Sequence record: MH791411.1
Direction: 5' to 3' (one strand)
Origin: Escherichia phage Ecwhy_1
Length of the DNA: 64,000 bases
Shown here: piece by piece, positions 50,417 to 61,041 of the stretch
Numbering within the stretch: position 1 is the stretch's first letter
Layout: each line of letters begins with the position of its first letter
The notes under the pieces: generated by a model
Told to the model about the DNA's origin: nothing
The model's database searches: none
The model's input: only the letters and a program-made list of their open reading frames with translations
Made by a program: the position numbers and the translations under genes

Positions 50417-51025
50417 TTATTGTAGTTGGACACGAACTGTGTATTTGATTTGCAAAACACGGTTAGCACTTTTCTCAACTGGGTGAAAAATAATATGGGT
50501 AAGTGGAATACCGCTATCACCATTTGTATATAAACCCAATTCGTCAAATACATATGTCCCATCCATGCTAGTACCAGAGCTAACACCTTGGTCAGATGGC
50601 TCACCTAAACCTAATGTACAAATACAGACGATATCAGTGTAAGCTTGACCTGGAATGTGAACAGTTGTAATGTTGTTATATTGTGAATCAATACCAGCAG
50701 AGATACGTGGGTTGATTTTTTTCAGATAAGTCTGAGAATATAGACCACCGAAAGAAGTAACGCGTGGTTTCTTGTATGTGATACGACCAGTACTCAAAAC
50801 TACTGTTCCACCATTACCAAAACGCATCTCACTAATAGATCCAATAGGAATACCAGTACTATCTTGATTATAAGCCAACGCATTAGCAATAGCAGTACTC
50901 ATATTTTCAGGGTGAATTGCGTTTGATTTATCCAAAACGATTTTTTGGTTAGATGGATCAGTAACGTCAGTAATTAGTACATGACCCTTAACAAATAGTT
51001 TTGGTTGTTCTGTTTCTAATTTCAT
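50417..51025 (-). CDS. structural protein (202 aa)
   Basis: ORF with coding-like composition in an operon with its neighbours; no recognisable motif. Confidence 0.35.
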   Translation of the reverse strand: MKLETEQPKLFVKGHVLITDVTDPSNQKIVLDKSNAIHPENMSTAIANALAYNQDSTGIPIGSISEMRFGNGGTVVLSTGRITYKKPRVTSFGGLYSQTYLKKINPRISAGIDSQYNNITTVHIPGQAYTDIVCICTLGLGEPSDQGVSSGTSMDGTYVFDELGLYTNGDSGIPLTHIIFHPVEKSANRVLQIKYTVRVQLQ

Positions 51026-51034
51026 TTCTAATCC

Positions 51035-51532
51035 TTAGTAGTTAATTAAAATTTGTTCTAACTTACCAGCTAAACTTTTTTGTACATCAGATGGATACTT
51101 GCTAATGTAATCACGGTCAATACCAACTTTCAGATAGGTAAAGTTTCCGGTTAAGGTTTCAGCGAATGTACCAGTTGTACCTTGTTCTCTAATAAGGTCA
51201 CCACCATTTGGGTTAAGAATGACATTATCAGTAAATTCAAGATAGAAGTTGCAGCTTTCGGTAAATTTAATTGGGAACCAATCATCGTCAGATGGATTAC
51301 TTGCCAGTGTAGCGAGTACGTAAATTCTACCAATGAAGTTACGTAGGGTAAAGGATATTGTATGTAATCCTGTAGTACTACCATAATAGCCGCCACTAGC
51401 TAATGGTAATGTTTGTTCGTTCCAATGATAATCTAAGTTAGCAGGATACCAGCTATCTGATTCAGGAAATTCTTGCCATGAACCATCTTTAGTTTTTCTT
51501 TTGAAGAGGAAGTCTTTTGATCTTAATGCCAT
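51035..51532 (-). CDS. structural protein (165 aa)
   Basis: AAAGGG SD; AATAAATA late-type motif upstream; no recognisable motif. Confidence 0.35.
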   Translation of the reverse strand: MALRSKDFLFKRKTKDGSWQEFPESDSWYPANLDYHWNEQTLPLASGGYYGSTTGLHTISFTLRNFIGRIYVLATLASNPSDDDWFPIKFTESCNFYLEFTDNVILNPNGGDLIREQGTTGTFAETLTGNFTYLKVGIDRDYISKYPSDVQKSLAGKLEQILINY

Positions 51533-51641
51533 TGTTAAGCCCTTTTAGTAGTGAACTTTCATTTATTTATTAATGGCAACGAAATGTATTTTGTACTGAT
51601 AAATATTGGTATATGACATTAACTCATACAAGGGAAATATT

Positions 51642-52769
51642 ATGACAATTTCATTCAACAATGGGTCAGGTGGTTCATGTAATAATTCTGGCATCAAAAG
51701 TTTAGTTATTAACGCTGCTGGACATTTAATTGTAACCTATTCCGACAATACAATCCAAGACCTAGGTCTAGTGGTTGGACAAAATGGTGCTAACGGTAGA
51801 AACTTTTATCCAAATGAGATAGGTTTTGAAGTTCCTAATGAACTCTTCCGTGTTGGTGAAGAACTAGGGTGGTGTTATCTTAGTCTTGCAAATGGCACTA
51901 GTACTTTATATTTCAAATCAAACGATGCACAAGAAGCAATTAGTACTTGGAACCGTGTAGAGTTTGGTAAAGGCGATACTGGTGAAACTGGTAAACCATT
52001 CCACATTGACAGTTCTGGTACGGTGTTTCCAACAACTGGTCTTTTCAATAATTACACATTCTATAATACTGAAGATGGTAAATTATATTTCTATCAAAGC
52101 GTAACTGCAACATGGAGTGATGGTATTCCTTTCCGTGGTGAACAAGGTCTACGTGGTCGTTTCCATATTGATAGTACTGGTAGTCAATTCCCAAGCATTG
52201 ATAATCTACCACAAGATTATTGCTTCTATAACACGACAGATGGTAATTTGTATTATGTCGATATCGTAACTACATCATCAACCCCAACTAAAGAGTGGAG
52301 TGCTGGTATCTTATTCCGTGGAAAAGACGGTGAAGAAGGTAAGCAAGGTGAACAAGGTATTCAGGGTGAACCAGGTAAAGATACAGTTGTTATCATCAAC
52401 ACTATTGATCATTCATGGACTAACGCATTGTTAGTTATTGGTACATGCCCTGCTGGATACCTAGTAACTAATATCGAAGTTGATATTAACCAAGCATATG
52501 ATGAACCAGTAAATGAAATGTTTGTACGTTTCGGTGGTGAAGCACAAGAAGATATTGGTGGTACTGTAATTGCACCTGTTGATTATTTCGATATCAACCG
52601 CAAAATGCGTTACATTGTTAACGAAACCAACCACGAAGTATCAAGTAAAGATGAAATCATTTCTTGTGTATTCAATGATTCCGTAAACAACAGTTCATTT
52701 GGTGAAATGAAGATCGTTTGTACTTTATCATGGCAAGCACCTATTCAGCCTATTCAAGATAACATTTAA
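51642..52769 (+). CDS. fiber-like protein with short collagen-like tract (~375 aa)
   Basis: G-x-y repeat GKDGEEGKQGEQGIQGEPGKD; start taken at MTISFNN with AAGGGAAA SD; GATAAATA late-type motif upstream. Confidence 0.5.
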   Translation: MTISFNNGSGGSCNNSGIKSLVINAAGHLIVTYSDNTIQDLGLVVGQNGANGRNFYPNEIGFEVPNELFRVGEELGWCYLSLANGTSTLYFKSNDAQEAISTWNRVEFGKGDTGETGKPFHIDSSGTVFPTTGLFNNYTFYNTEDGKLYFYQSVTATWSDGIPFRGEQGLRGRFHIDSTGSQFPSIDNLPQDYCFYNTTDGNLYYVDIVTTSSTPTKEWSAGILFRGKDGEEGKQGEQGIQGEPGKDTVVIINTIDHSWTNALLVIGTCPAGYLVTNIEVDINQAYDEPVNEMFVRFGGEAQEDIGGTVIAPVDYFDINRKMRYIVNETNHEVSSKDEIISCVFNDSVNNSSFGEMKIVCTLSWQAPIQPIQDNI

Positions 52770-52783
52770 AAGAGGGTTGATAA

Positions 52784-54925
52784 ATGGCAGTTTTTTCCAA
52801 TTTAGAAGGGACCATGATGCCAACATTCAAGTTGGGTAAACGTGGTGCTTCTATTAATTTTGTAAACGATTCTGTCGCAATCAAAGACTTTTTAGGCGAA
52901 ACGTTCCTACCTGTTAAGGTGGGAACTCCTAATGACGATGATTCCGCAGTAAACGTTAGGTATCTTGAAGATAACCCAAATGCTTTATTTGGCGTACTTC
53001 CACCAACAAATGACATTGGTAAAAATAACAACACTTATTTTCAAGTTGATTCTGAGGGTATTGTTGATATCTTTGCAAAAACAAATGATGTTTGGGTAAA
53101 ATCATTATACATTAATAAAAATGTCCTTTCCAGTGTTAACGGTGCTGATTATATCGGACTTATTACTGGAGGAACACTTCAACAGGCACAGTTTTACATA
53201 ACTCCAGAAGAGTTTGGTGCAAAAGGTGATGGCATCACTGATGACACGGCGGCGGTTAACGCATGTGCAGTTTATGCTAAAGAACACAAAATCCAAATTC
53301 AAGCTGGTGGTAATTATCGTATCAGAACTGCTGTTTATTTGAATGATATTCAATGGTTTGGTGGTACAATCACTGGTAACGGTGGCACAATGGTATCGGT
53401 ACTGAATAGTACAATCCAACAAGCAACATTAACAGGATGTTATTTAAAATTCTTTGGTGGTAATGGTAAATTTTATTTTAATAAATTTATTAATATTACA
53501 AGTACTGCTGCATTTCTAATGCAAGGTATGACTGAATCAGGTACTATCGACTTCTGCTTTAATGAAATGACACAATGTAAGTACGGTGTTCTTCAGCAAG
53601 GCACTGGTGAGAAAATGACCGTTGGGCGTTATTCATACAACCACATCCATGATATATATGGTGATGCAATTGAATTGAACGTAGTCAACTCACATTACCC
53701 AGACGGATTTGTAATAGAAGGTAACTTGATTGAAAACGTAGATGGTACAAATGCACCAATTCCTCTTTCAAACTGGGGTATTGGTATCGGTGTTGCAGGT
53801 TCTGGTCCTTATGATGTGAATGCTGATGATTCACAATATGTAAAAAAATTCGTTATAAAAAATAACCGCTTGTACAATGTCCGTCAATGTATTCACGTTG
53901 AGTTGGGTAAAGACTTTAAAATTCTCAATAATGAAGTTTATCCATCAACGTTGGTATCAATTGGTACTGGTTTGACAACCGCTGGTGTAATTACTTATGG
54001 TTCTGTTGATTTTATTATTGATGGCCTATCTGGGCATCTATTAAATGATCCATCAGTAACTAACCGTATGGTTTCTATTAACTGGGGCGTAACATCTGGT
54101 AAATTTGCTGGTCCTCCACGAAACTTTAAATTATGTAATCTCCACATTCCTGAGTCGTCTATTATTGTGTATACTTCAGGCTCTGATAATTGGCTAAATA
54201 CTACTGAACTTTCTAATATTACATGTAGTAGAATTCAATGGCGTGGATTGCCGTCATCTTCCAAGTTTAATAATATCAGTACTAAAGAACTTGATGTTAT
54301 TGGACAACACCTTGCAACTGAAGGTGAAGGAGGGGGCTTATATACTCGCTCTAAATATACATATACCAACTGGACTAATTGTGTTGTTCAAGATGATTGT
54401 AACATATCAAAATATAGTTTCTCAAGAATGTATGTTGACCGTATTGACCAATCATCTAATAACTTTAAAGTAACCACTGCAATTGATGGAACGGGTCATC
54501 GTGGACCTGTAGTAATACCTGTAGTTGAACAGTATTACGTGCCTTATGATGTTTTTCCTGGTGGGAGATATTTCCCAGCAGGAACAATTATCCATAAACA
54601 ATCAGGTGGAAAATTTATTGTTACAGTAGGTGGTTCTTTCTTTGGTCGATATGACACAATTAGACAAACAGTTGCAGGACAAACTTATATCGAAGCATTG
54701 GGTGTATCATGGGGTGATAATCAATATGCTAAAGCTGCTGGAACCGAAATCCTAATCACAGGAGCAGGGGAAAATGGCGAAGATTTAAAAACATATATCA
54801 CTAGAGCAGTTTATGTTGTTAATAATGCGTATCGTATCGATATTGCCGATCCGATTGTTACTGCTACCGCAGCAGGGGCATTATTGAAAGCTGCTCAACC
54901 AATAACATATATCACCCTATCTTAA
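52784..54925 (+). CDS. tailspike with pectate-lyase-like beta-helix (probable polysaccharide depolymerase), 713 aa
   Basis: ITPEEFGAKGDGITDDTAAVNA is the hallmark N-terminus of pectate-lyase-3-type tailspike beta-helices; N-terminal MAVFSNLEGTM adapter shared with the next gene. Confidence 0.6.
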   Translation: MAVFSNLEGTMMPTFKLGKRGASINFVNDSVAIKDFLGETFLPVKVGTPNDDDSAVNVRYLEDNPNALFGVLPPTNDIGKNNNTYFQVDSEGIVDIFAKTNDVWVKSLYINKNVLSSVNGADYIGLITGGTLQQAQFYITPEEFGAKGDGITDDTAAVNACAVYAKEHKIQIQAGGNYRIRTAVYLNDIQWFGGTITGNGGTMVSVLNSTIQQATLTGCYLKFFGGNGKFYFNKFINITSTAAFLMQGMTESGTIDFCFNEMTQCKYGVLQQGTGEKMTVGRYSYNHIHDIYGDAIELNVVNSHYPDGFVIEGNLIENVDGTNAPIPLSNWGIGIGVAGSGPYDVNADDSQYVKKFVIKNNRLYNVRQCIHVELGKDFKILNNEVYPSTLVSIGTGLTTAGVITYGSVDFIIDGLSGHLLNDPSVTNRMVSINWGVTSGKFAGPPRNFKLCNLHIPESSIIVYTSGSDNWLNTTELSNITCSRIQWRGLPSSSKFNNISTKELDVIGQHLATEGEGGGLYTRSKYTYTNWTNCVVQDDCNISKYSFSRMYVDRIDQSSNNFKVTTAIDGTGHRGPVVIPVVEQYYVPYDVFPGGRYFPAGTIIHKQSGGKFIVTVGGSFFGRYDTIRQTVAGQTYIEALGVSWGDNQYAKAAGTEILITGAGENGEDLKTYITRAVYVVNNAYRIDIADPIVTATAAGALLKAAQPITYITLS

Positions 54926-54939
54926 AGGAGATTATAAAA

Positions 54940-55839
54940 ATGGCAGTTTTTTCTAATTTAGAAGGAACCATGAAGAAGACCTTCATACTTGGTAAAAATG
55001 GTGCACAAATTGCCACTAATGGTAATGTTGTTCAAATCCAGAACTACACGGGTACACAACTTCTTCCTGTTTCAGCAGGTGACCCAACCGCAAATACACA
55101 CTTGGTTACATTGGGTTATTTGAATACACATAGCGGTGGTGGTGGTGGTTCCGGTATTTTACGTGGAACTATTGCACCATCTGAATCAATCGGTGTAGAT
55201 GGTGACGCTTACTTCTTAGTTGACAGTACTAATATTATTCAGATCTATATTAAAGACCTTGGTGTTTGGAAGCCTCTCCAAAGCACAACTCCAGGTACTG
55301 ATAGTTCTTACGTTACTACTGAAATCGTTCCTGTATCGGCATTTACATTAGTTCCTGGAACAACAGATCAATATACTTATTCTTTGCCTGAATCAGTACA
55401 TGGTCGTGGTCCAGATATTATGGTTCAGCTACAGGGTGATCCTGGTAACATCCCACTTGACACTGTATTCCAAACTAACGTCACTGTGAGTGGTATTGGT
55501 GACATTACGATTGATGTTATTGGTCAAATCACTGAATACACAAGTGTCAAAGTCAACATCATAGGAGCAACAACAATGACAGTACCTTATAGTAAATTAA
55601 TTAATATAGCAGATTGGGTAGCATCTGGTGATGATTACACCATTACTGTTCCAGCGTCAGAACATAACCAAACACCTGACAATTTGTATATTTCTATATA
55701 TTCAAATAAAACACCAGGCAGTACAGCAGCATCACCATTTGAACTGGTAATAACCGAAACTCAAATTGATGCAAGTGGTAATGTTACATTCACTTCTGAC
55801 GAAGCGTTTAGTGGTAAAATAGTAATTTCCGGTAAATAA
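54940..55839 (+). CDS. second receptor-binding protein sharing the N-terminal adapter, 299 aa
   Basis: First ~35 nt nearly identical to 52784 (MAVFSNLEGTM...LGK.GA); distinct C-terminal domain; poly-Gly linker GGGGGSG. Confidence 0.5.
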   Translation: MAVFSNLEGTMKKTFILGKNGAQIATNGNVVQIQNYTGTQLLPVSAGDPTANTHLVTLGYLNTHSGGGGGSGILRGTIAPSESIGVDGDAYFLVDSTNIIQIYIKDLGVWKPLQSTTPGTDSSYVTTEIVPVSAFTLVPGTTDQYTYSLPESVHGRGPDIMVQLQGDPGNIPLDTVFQTNVTVSGIGDITIDVIGQITEYTSVKVNIIGATTMTVPYSKLINIADWVASGDDYTITVPASEHNQTPDNLYISIYSNKTPGSTAASPFELVITETQIDASGNVTFTSDEAFSGKIVISGK

Positions 55840-55845
55840 AAAAAA

Positions 55846-55882
55846 TAGTCCAGACTATGATTCATCTAGTCTGGATTTTTTA
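55846..55882 (+). terminator. rho-independent terminator
   Basis: TAGTCCAGACTA / TAGTCTGGA stem followed by TTTTTT. Confidence 0.7.
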
Positions 55883-55889
55883 TATCAAT

Positions 55890-55915
55890 AACTAAATATA
55901 TGTATATTAACAAGG
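55890..55915 (+). repeat. fiber-gene promoter box AACTAAATATATGTATATTAACAAGG (copy 1; copy 2 at 60972..60998)
   Basis: Near-identical 26-27-bp element 43-44 nt upstream of both long-fiber ATGs; contains late-type ACTAAATA. Confidence 0.6.
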
Positions 55916-55957
55916 TCAAATGTATTTTATGCTTTTTGCCTATTTGGAGGGAACTAA

Positions 55958-58900
55958 ATGTACTCGATTAAAACAGATCTCGATATAACTGGTGGTGCAA
56001 CGGTTGCTAAAGATCTTCTTGTGAAAGGCGATGCAGTATTCAATAAAAATCTAACAGTTAATGGAACTGTAACTTTTGCTGACGCTGTATTCACTGCAAT
56101 TGAAGCAGAAACTGTAGACATTTCATCTACACTAGATGTTGCTGGTAAAGCATCATTGAATGGTGGAATTGAAGTTCATGGTAATTCCGTAATTGGTAAT
56201 TTGCCTGTTGGTTCTGATACTGCAACGATTAATTCTAATGCACAATTCCAAAGCCCAGTATCAATGGCAGGTAATCTAACACAAACCGCTGGCACTGCTG
56301 TACTAAAAGATACCCAAGTGGCATCAATGGATGTTCTTGGGACTTCTTCATTTAAAGGTAATATTACTGCTGAAACTGGCACTACCGCAGCATTTGACAA
56401 AATAACTGCAACTGATGCAACATTCACAAACACTGCAACTACTGATATCACATCAACTGGAACTGCAAACTTTAAAGATGTGAATATTTCCGGTACACTA
56501 GGTGGAACATTTAGTCTATCTGATGTTAATGCAACAACTCTAACTGTTTCTGGTTTAACCAGTCTACAAGGTGGTGTTACATTAGGTTCCAACATTACTG
56601 GTGTGAATAGTAGTGCAAACTTCCGTGATATTAAAATTGGTTCCAATGCTGCAAACACTAACTACCGTTTGAGCTTTAACTATTCTGCTCCAAGTCTTCG
56701 TCCAACTGTAATTCTACAGAACGAAATCCAATCAGAATTGATGTCTCCAGCTACCCTAAGTGTATTGAAAACTGCATCTTTTGGTGATTCGTCACTATCC
56801 ACTTTTGGTATTACTGGTAATGGTCTAAACAAACTAGATTACCTAACAGTATCTGGTAACTCTGTTCAAGATCCAACAACTCCACTATTACAAGTAACTT
56901 CAGGTAAAACTAAAGTTCATGATTTCGAAGTAACAGGAACTGCAACTATTCCTAACATTGAAAGTACTGGTACTGCTAATTTTAATAACATCAACGTATC
57001 TGGTACACTCGGTGGTACTTTCAGTCTTGATGATATTGAAGCAAACACACTAACTGTATCCGGTTTAACTAGCCTTGTTGGTGGTGTAACTTTAGGTGCT
57101 GATATTTCCGGTGCTAATAGTACTGCTAATTTTAAAGCAGTAAGTTTAGGACAAAACGCCGCCGATGCTAACGTTAAGTATGGTTTTGCTTATTCTGCCC
57201 CTGGTGCTCGCCCAACTGTAATTCTACAAAATGAAATTCAGTCTGAGCTAGTATCTCCAGCAGTACTTAATGTACAAAAAACTGCAACCTTTGGTGATGC
57301 ATCTCTTGCAACCTATGGTATCACAGGTAACGGTCTAAACAAACTAGATTATCTATCTATTACTGGTAATGGTACACAAAGTCCAGCTACCCCACAACTA
57401 CAAGTTGCTGGTAAATCAGTACTAAATGATGTTGAATTCACTGGTACTGTAACTGGTCTAACTGTTGATGTGAGTGGACAAGATCTAACTCCTAAATCAG
57501 TAGATGCTGCTGAAGCAATCAAAGGTCAAACCCTTGAATCAGTTGGTCAAACCACAGTAGGAACTAACCTACAAGTTGGTGGAACTGCTAATGTTGTTGG
57601 TGCACTAACTGGTACTGCTGCTACCTTCACTGGTGATGTAAGTGCTGCTAAAGGTACTTTCAGTGGTGATGTTAGCGTTACTGGTCAAACTGTAACTGTA
57701 CGTGATTTAGTAGTAACTGGTACAACTACTGGTGTAACTGCCCAAGCTGATGTTGATGGTCTTGATATCGCCCCAAATAAAGTTGATGTTACAACAACAC
57801 TATCTGTTGCTGGGGACACTACTTTAGCTGGCCTAACTGCTAGTTCAGTAACCAGTACTGGTGATGTTACTGGTGCGTCTGTATCTGGTAATACAGTAAC
57901 TGCGGCTGGGGCACTATCTGGTGGTTCTCTTGCAGTAACTGGTGCTGGTTCTATGGCTTCACTAACTGTTCCAAGTATTACTGGTGACACTACTTTTGCT
58001 AATAACGTAACTATTACTGGAACACTAACTCCGAGTAGTATAGATTTAAGCACTACTGATGTAAGTGCTGCTTCTTTAACAACTACTGGTAACGTAACTG
58101 TTGGTGGTTCTCTTGCAGTAACTGGTGCTATTGATTTGTCTGCTGCTGATGTAGTAACAAAATCAGTTAGTGCAACTAACCCAAGTACATTTGGTGTAAT
58201 TAATGCATCTTCTGTTGCCGCAACTGGTGACGTTTCAGGTGGCACACTAACTACTACTGGTGCAGCGAAAGTAGGAACACTAACTAGTACTGGTGTAGTA
58301 TCTGGTTCGCGTTTGTCTTCTGGTACTGCAACAATCACAACTTCTGTAACAGTTCCAACTTTACAAGCTGAAGCTGCTGGTGCTGGTACACTAAATCTAG
58401 CAAGTAATGTTGTCGCGGCAAAAGATCTAACTGTCACTGGTGTATTCAAACCTGAAGGTGGTCTTGATCTAACAACTGTTGATATTACTGCAAACTCACT
58501 AACTACTACTGCTGATGTTAATGTTGGTGGAAACTTAGTAGTTGATGGTACTTTTGACCTAAGTGCTGCTGATGTGTCTGTGAAATCTCTTGCAAGTGCA
58601 GAGACAATTACAAGTGCTGGTGTTATTACCGTTACCGATTCAACCAATACTAGTTCGTTACCTAAAATTACTTCAACTGATGCAACACTCTTTACAGTAA
58701 ATGCAGGTACTATTAATGCAACTGGTAACAGTGTACTACAAAGTGTATCAGCTACTCAAGTAACTGCTAATAGTGCTGAATTTTCTGGTGGTGGCCTTGG
58801 TCTTCAAGTTGATAATGATGCAAACGTTGGTGGTGCATTATCTGTTGGTGGCATTGCAACTGTTGGTTCTTTAACAACAACTGCTGCTTCTCTTAATATT

Positions 58901-60892
58901 GCAAAAAATACTGCAATCACTGGTGATTTAGCTGTATCTGGCACACTAACTGCTGGTTCAATCGACCTAAGCAATACTGATGTAACCGTTAAATCTCTTG
59001 ATTCACTAGGTAACGCACACATTGCTGGTAACCTAACTGTAGATGGTGCATTCGACTTAAGTGCAACTAACCTTGTAGCTGCAAGTCTAGCAAGTACTGG
59101 TTCTACTACTGTTGGAACTGATCTAGTACTAACAACTGGTGTTGTGACTGGTAGCCCAGCTATCTCTGGTAATACAACAATCGGTGGAACTCTTGGTGTA
59201 ACTGGTGCTGTTAACCTAACTGATATTGTTAATATCGGTAAGAAAGTAACAGTGAGTACTGGTGGTATTCAGGTAGTTGATGGTGGTATCAATACTAACA
59301 CAATTAACGTTTCTGGTGCTTCTACTCTAGCAGGAACTTCCATTACTGGAACTTTAGGTGTAACTGGTGCTTCTACTCTAGCAGGTGTATCTGCGACATC
59401 ACTAACAGTTTCTGGTGACAGTACTGTTCAGAAACTAACTGTCCAAGGTGAATTGATCCCACAAGGTGGTCTTGACCTAAGCGGTGCAGACATTACTGCT
59501 AATAGTCTAACTACTGCGACAACTATCAATGCAACTGGCCTAAGTACTCTAAGTGGTGGTGTTAGTACTTCTACTGTGACTGCATCTGGTCTAGCAACTG
59601 TTGGAAGTTTAACTTCTACTGCAAACGCATCAGTTGGTGGTAATTTGGGTGTAACTGGAACTCTAGGTGTTACTGGTGCAACTACTGTATCTTCACTAAC
59701 AGCTACTGGTGCAGTGAAAACTGGTACAACCCTAACTGTTGGTACTCCAGTTGGTGAACAACCTGAAACTGTACAGATCATTCCAGATACTTATATTGCT
59801 GGTAAATTGCGTGTAATCGGTGGTATTAACGCTGAAATCGACGTAAGTGGTCAAACACTAGAACCATATGCAATTGAAGCTGCTGCAACACTATCTGCTG
59901 TTGGTAACATTACTTCTGGTGCAACCATCGTTTCTAAAGCTGCAACAATTGGTGATGTTGGTTCACAAAACAACAACCTAACTGTTAATGGTAACGTAGT
60001 AACTAATGGTGACTTCACCGTTACTGGTGTACTAAATGCACAATTGAACCAAGCAGATTCCGATGTAGCTGTTAAGTCTTTGACTGCAACTAATAACGTT
60101 GCGGCTGGTACTTCAATCACTGCTGGAACATCCATCACTGCATCAGGCTTACTAAAAGGTAATTCGTTAGAAGTCACCACTACTGGTTCATTTGGTGGTG
60201 CAGTAACTATGTCAAGTGGTGCAAACATCACTGGTACTGTTGGTATCACTGCTGGTGACCTAACAGTAGGTGGTAATATCTCTGCAACTGGTACTGCTGG
60301 ATTCGGTGCAACAACCGTTTCTACCATTACAACATCAGGTTTAGCTACCCTTGCAAGTGCATCTGTAACTGGTGCTCTAACTGTAGGTGGTACATTAACT
60401 GCAAATGGTAACACTGTGATTGGTGATGCTGCTGCTGATACTTTAACTGTAAATGCAACATCTACATTTAAAGAGAACGCAACATTTGATAAGAACCTAA
60501 CAGTGACTGGTTCTATTAACACCACCACTGCAAACTTCACTACAAACAACATGGTAACTAAGAAATATTCTGTTATCCCTGCTAGTGTTACTGCTTCTAC
60601 TGCTGCTGTAGGTGGCACTTGGACACCAGATGGTACTACTAACGTATATCGCTTAACTCTTGACCAAAGTGTTACAATGGATTCCATCGCGGGTCTAATT
60701 GGTAGTGGTCAAGCATGTTCAGTGTATATCTATGTAACTCCATCTGTTGCTGATACTACTTTCACCTTCGGTGGTGCATACTCTGTAGTTTCTGGTACAG
60801 TAAGTGCTGTAGTTGGTCAAACAAGTATTATCCAAGTAATCTATGATGGTTTCAGTACTGTGTTTGATACCTTCGTTGCACAACGTGTATAA
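55958..60892 (+). CDS. long tail fiber protein, 1644 aa
   Basis: Thr/Gly/Ala/Val/Ser-rich with many internal repeats (ISGTLGGTFSL..., TGNGLNKLDYL..., VDVSGQDLTPKS... each occurring twice or more); GGAGGG SD. Confidence 0.65.
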   Translation: MYSIKTDLDITGGATVAKDLLVKGDAVFNKNLTVNGTVTFADAVFTAIEAETVDISSTLDVAGKASLNGGIEVHGNSVIGNLPVGSDTATINSNAQFQSPVSMAGNLTQTAGTAVLKDTQVASMDVLGTSSFKGNITAETGTTAAFDKITATDATFTNTATTDITSTGTANFKDVNISGTLGGTFSLSDVNATTLTVSGLTSLQGGVTLGSNITGVNSSANFRDIKIGSNAANTNYRLSFNYSAPSLRPTVILQNEIQSELMSPATLSVLKTASFGDSSLSTFGITGNGLNKLDYLTVSGNSVQDPTTPLLQVTSGKTKVHDFEVTGTATIPNIESTGTANFNNINVSGTLGGTFSLDDIEANTLTVSGLTSLVGGVTLGADISGANSTANFKAVSLGQNAADANVKYGFAYSAPGARPTVILQNEIQSELVSPAVLNVQKTATFGDASLATYGITGNGLNKLDYLSITGNGTQSPATPQLQVAGKSVLNDVEFTGTVTGLTVDVSGQDLTPKSVDAAEAIKGQTLESVGQTTVGTNLQVGGTANVVGALTGTAATFTGDVSAAKGTFSGDVSVTGQTVTVRDLVVTGTTTGVTAQADVDGLDIAPNKVDVTTTLSVAGDTTLAGLTASSVTSTGDVTGASVSGNTVTAAGALSGGSLAVTGAGSMASLTVPSITGDTTFANNVTITGTLTPSSIDLSTTDVSAASLTTTGNVTVGGSLAVTGAIDLSAADVVTKSVSATNPSTFGVINASSVAATGDVSGGTLTTTGAAKVGTLTSTGVVSGSRLSSGTATITTSVTVPTLQAEAAGAGTLNLASNVVAAKDLTVTGVFKPEGGLDLTTVDITANSLTTTADVNVGGNLVVDGTFDLSAADVSVKSLASAETITSAGVITVTDSTNTSSLPKITSTDATLFTVNAGTINATGNSVLQSVSATQVTANSAEFSGGGLGLQVDNDANVGGALSVGGIATVGSLTTTAASLNIAKNTAITGDLAVSGTLTAGSIDLSNTDVTVKSLDSLGNAHIAGNLTVDGAFDLSATNLVAASLASTGSTTVGTDLVLTTGVVTGSPAISGNTTIGGTLGVTGAVNLTDIVNIGKKVTVSTGGIQVVDGGINTNTINVSGASTLAGTSITGTLGVTGASTLAGVSATSLTVSGDSTVQKLTVQGELIPQGGLDLSGADITANSLTTATTINATGLSTLSGGVSTSTVTASGLATVGSLTSTANASVGGNLGVTGTLGVTGATTVSSLTATGAVKTGTTLTVGTPVGEQPETVQIIPDTYIAGKLRVIGGINAEIDVSGQTLEPYAIEAAATLSAVGNITSGATIVSKAATIGDVGSQNNNLTVNGNVVTNGDFTVTGVLNAQLNQADSDVAVKSLTATNNVAAGTSITAGTSITASGLLKGNSLEVTTTGSFGGAVTMSSGANITGTVGITAGDLTVGGNISATGTAGFGATTVSTITTSGLATLASASVTGALTVGGTLTANGNTVIGDAAADTLTVNATSTFKENATFDKNLTVTGSINTTTANFTTNNMVTKKYSVIPASVTASTAAVGGTWTPDGTTNVYRLTLDQSVTMDSIAGLIGSGQACSVYIYVTPSVADTTFTFGGAYSVVSGTVSAVVGQTSIIQVIYDGFSTVFDTFVAQRV

Positions 60893-60910
60893 CATTTTAA
60901 ATTAATAATT

Positions 60911-60944
60911 AAAGCCAACTTTTTTAGTTGGCTTTTTCTTTTGT
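60911..60944 (+). terminator. rho-independent terminator
   Basis: AAAGCCAACT-tttttt-AGTTGGCTTT hairpin followed by a T-run. Confidence 0.75.
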
Positions 60945-60971
60945 ATTAGATAATAGTGTTTTTGTGAATTA

Positions 60972-60998
60972 AACTAAATATAAGTATATTAACAAAAG
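60972..60998 (+). repeat. fiber-gene promoter box, copy 2
   Basis: AACTAAATATAAGTATATTAACAAAAG, near-identical to 55890..55915. Confidence 0.6.
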
Positions 60999-61041
60999 AT
61001 GGGTTATGAATATATAGTTCATCGTTATAGGAGGGGACTCT

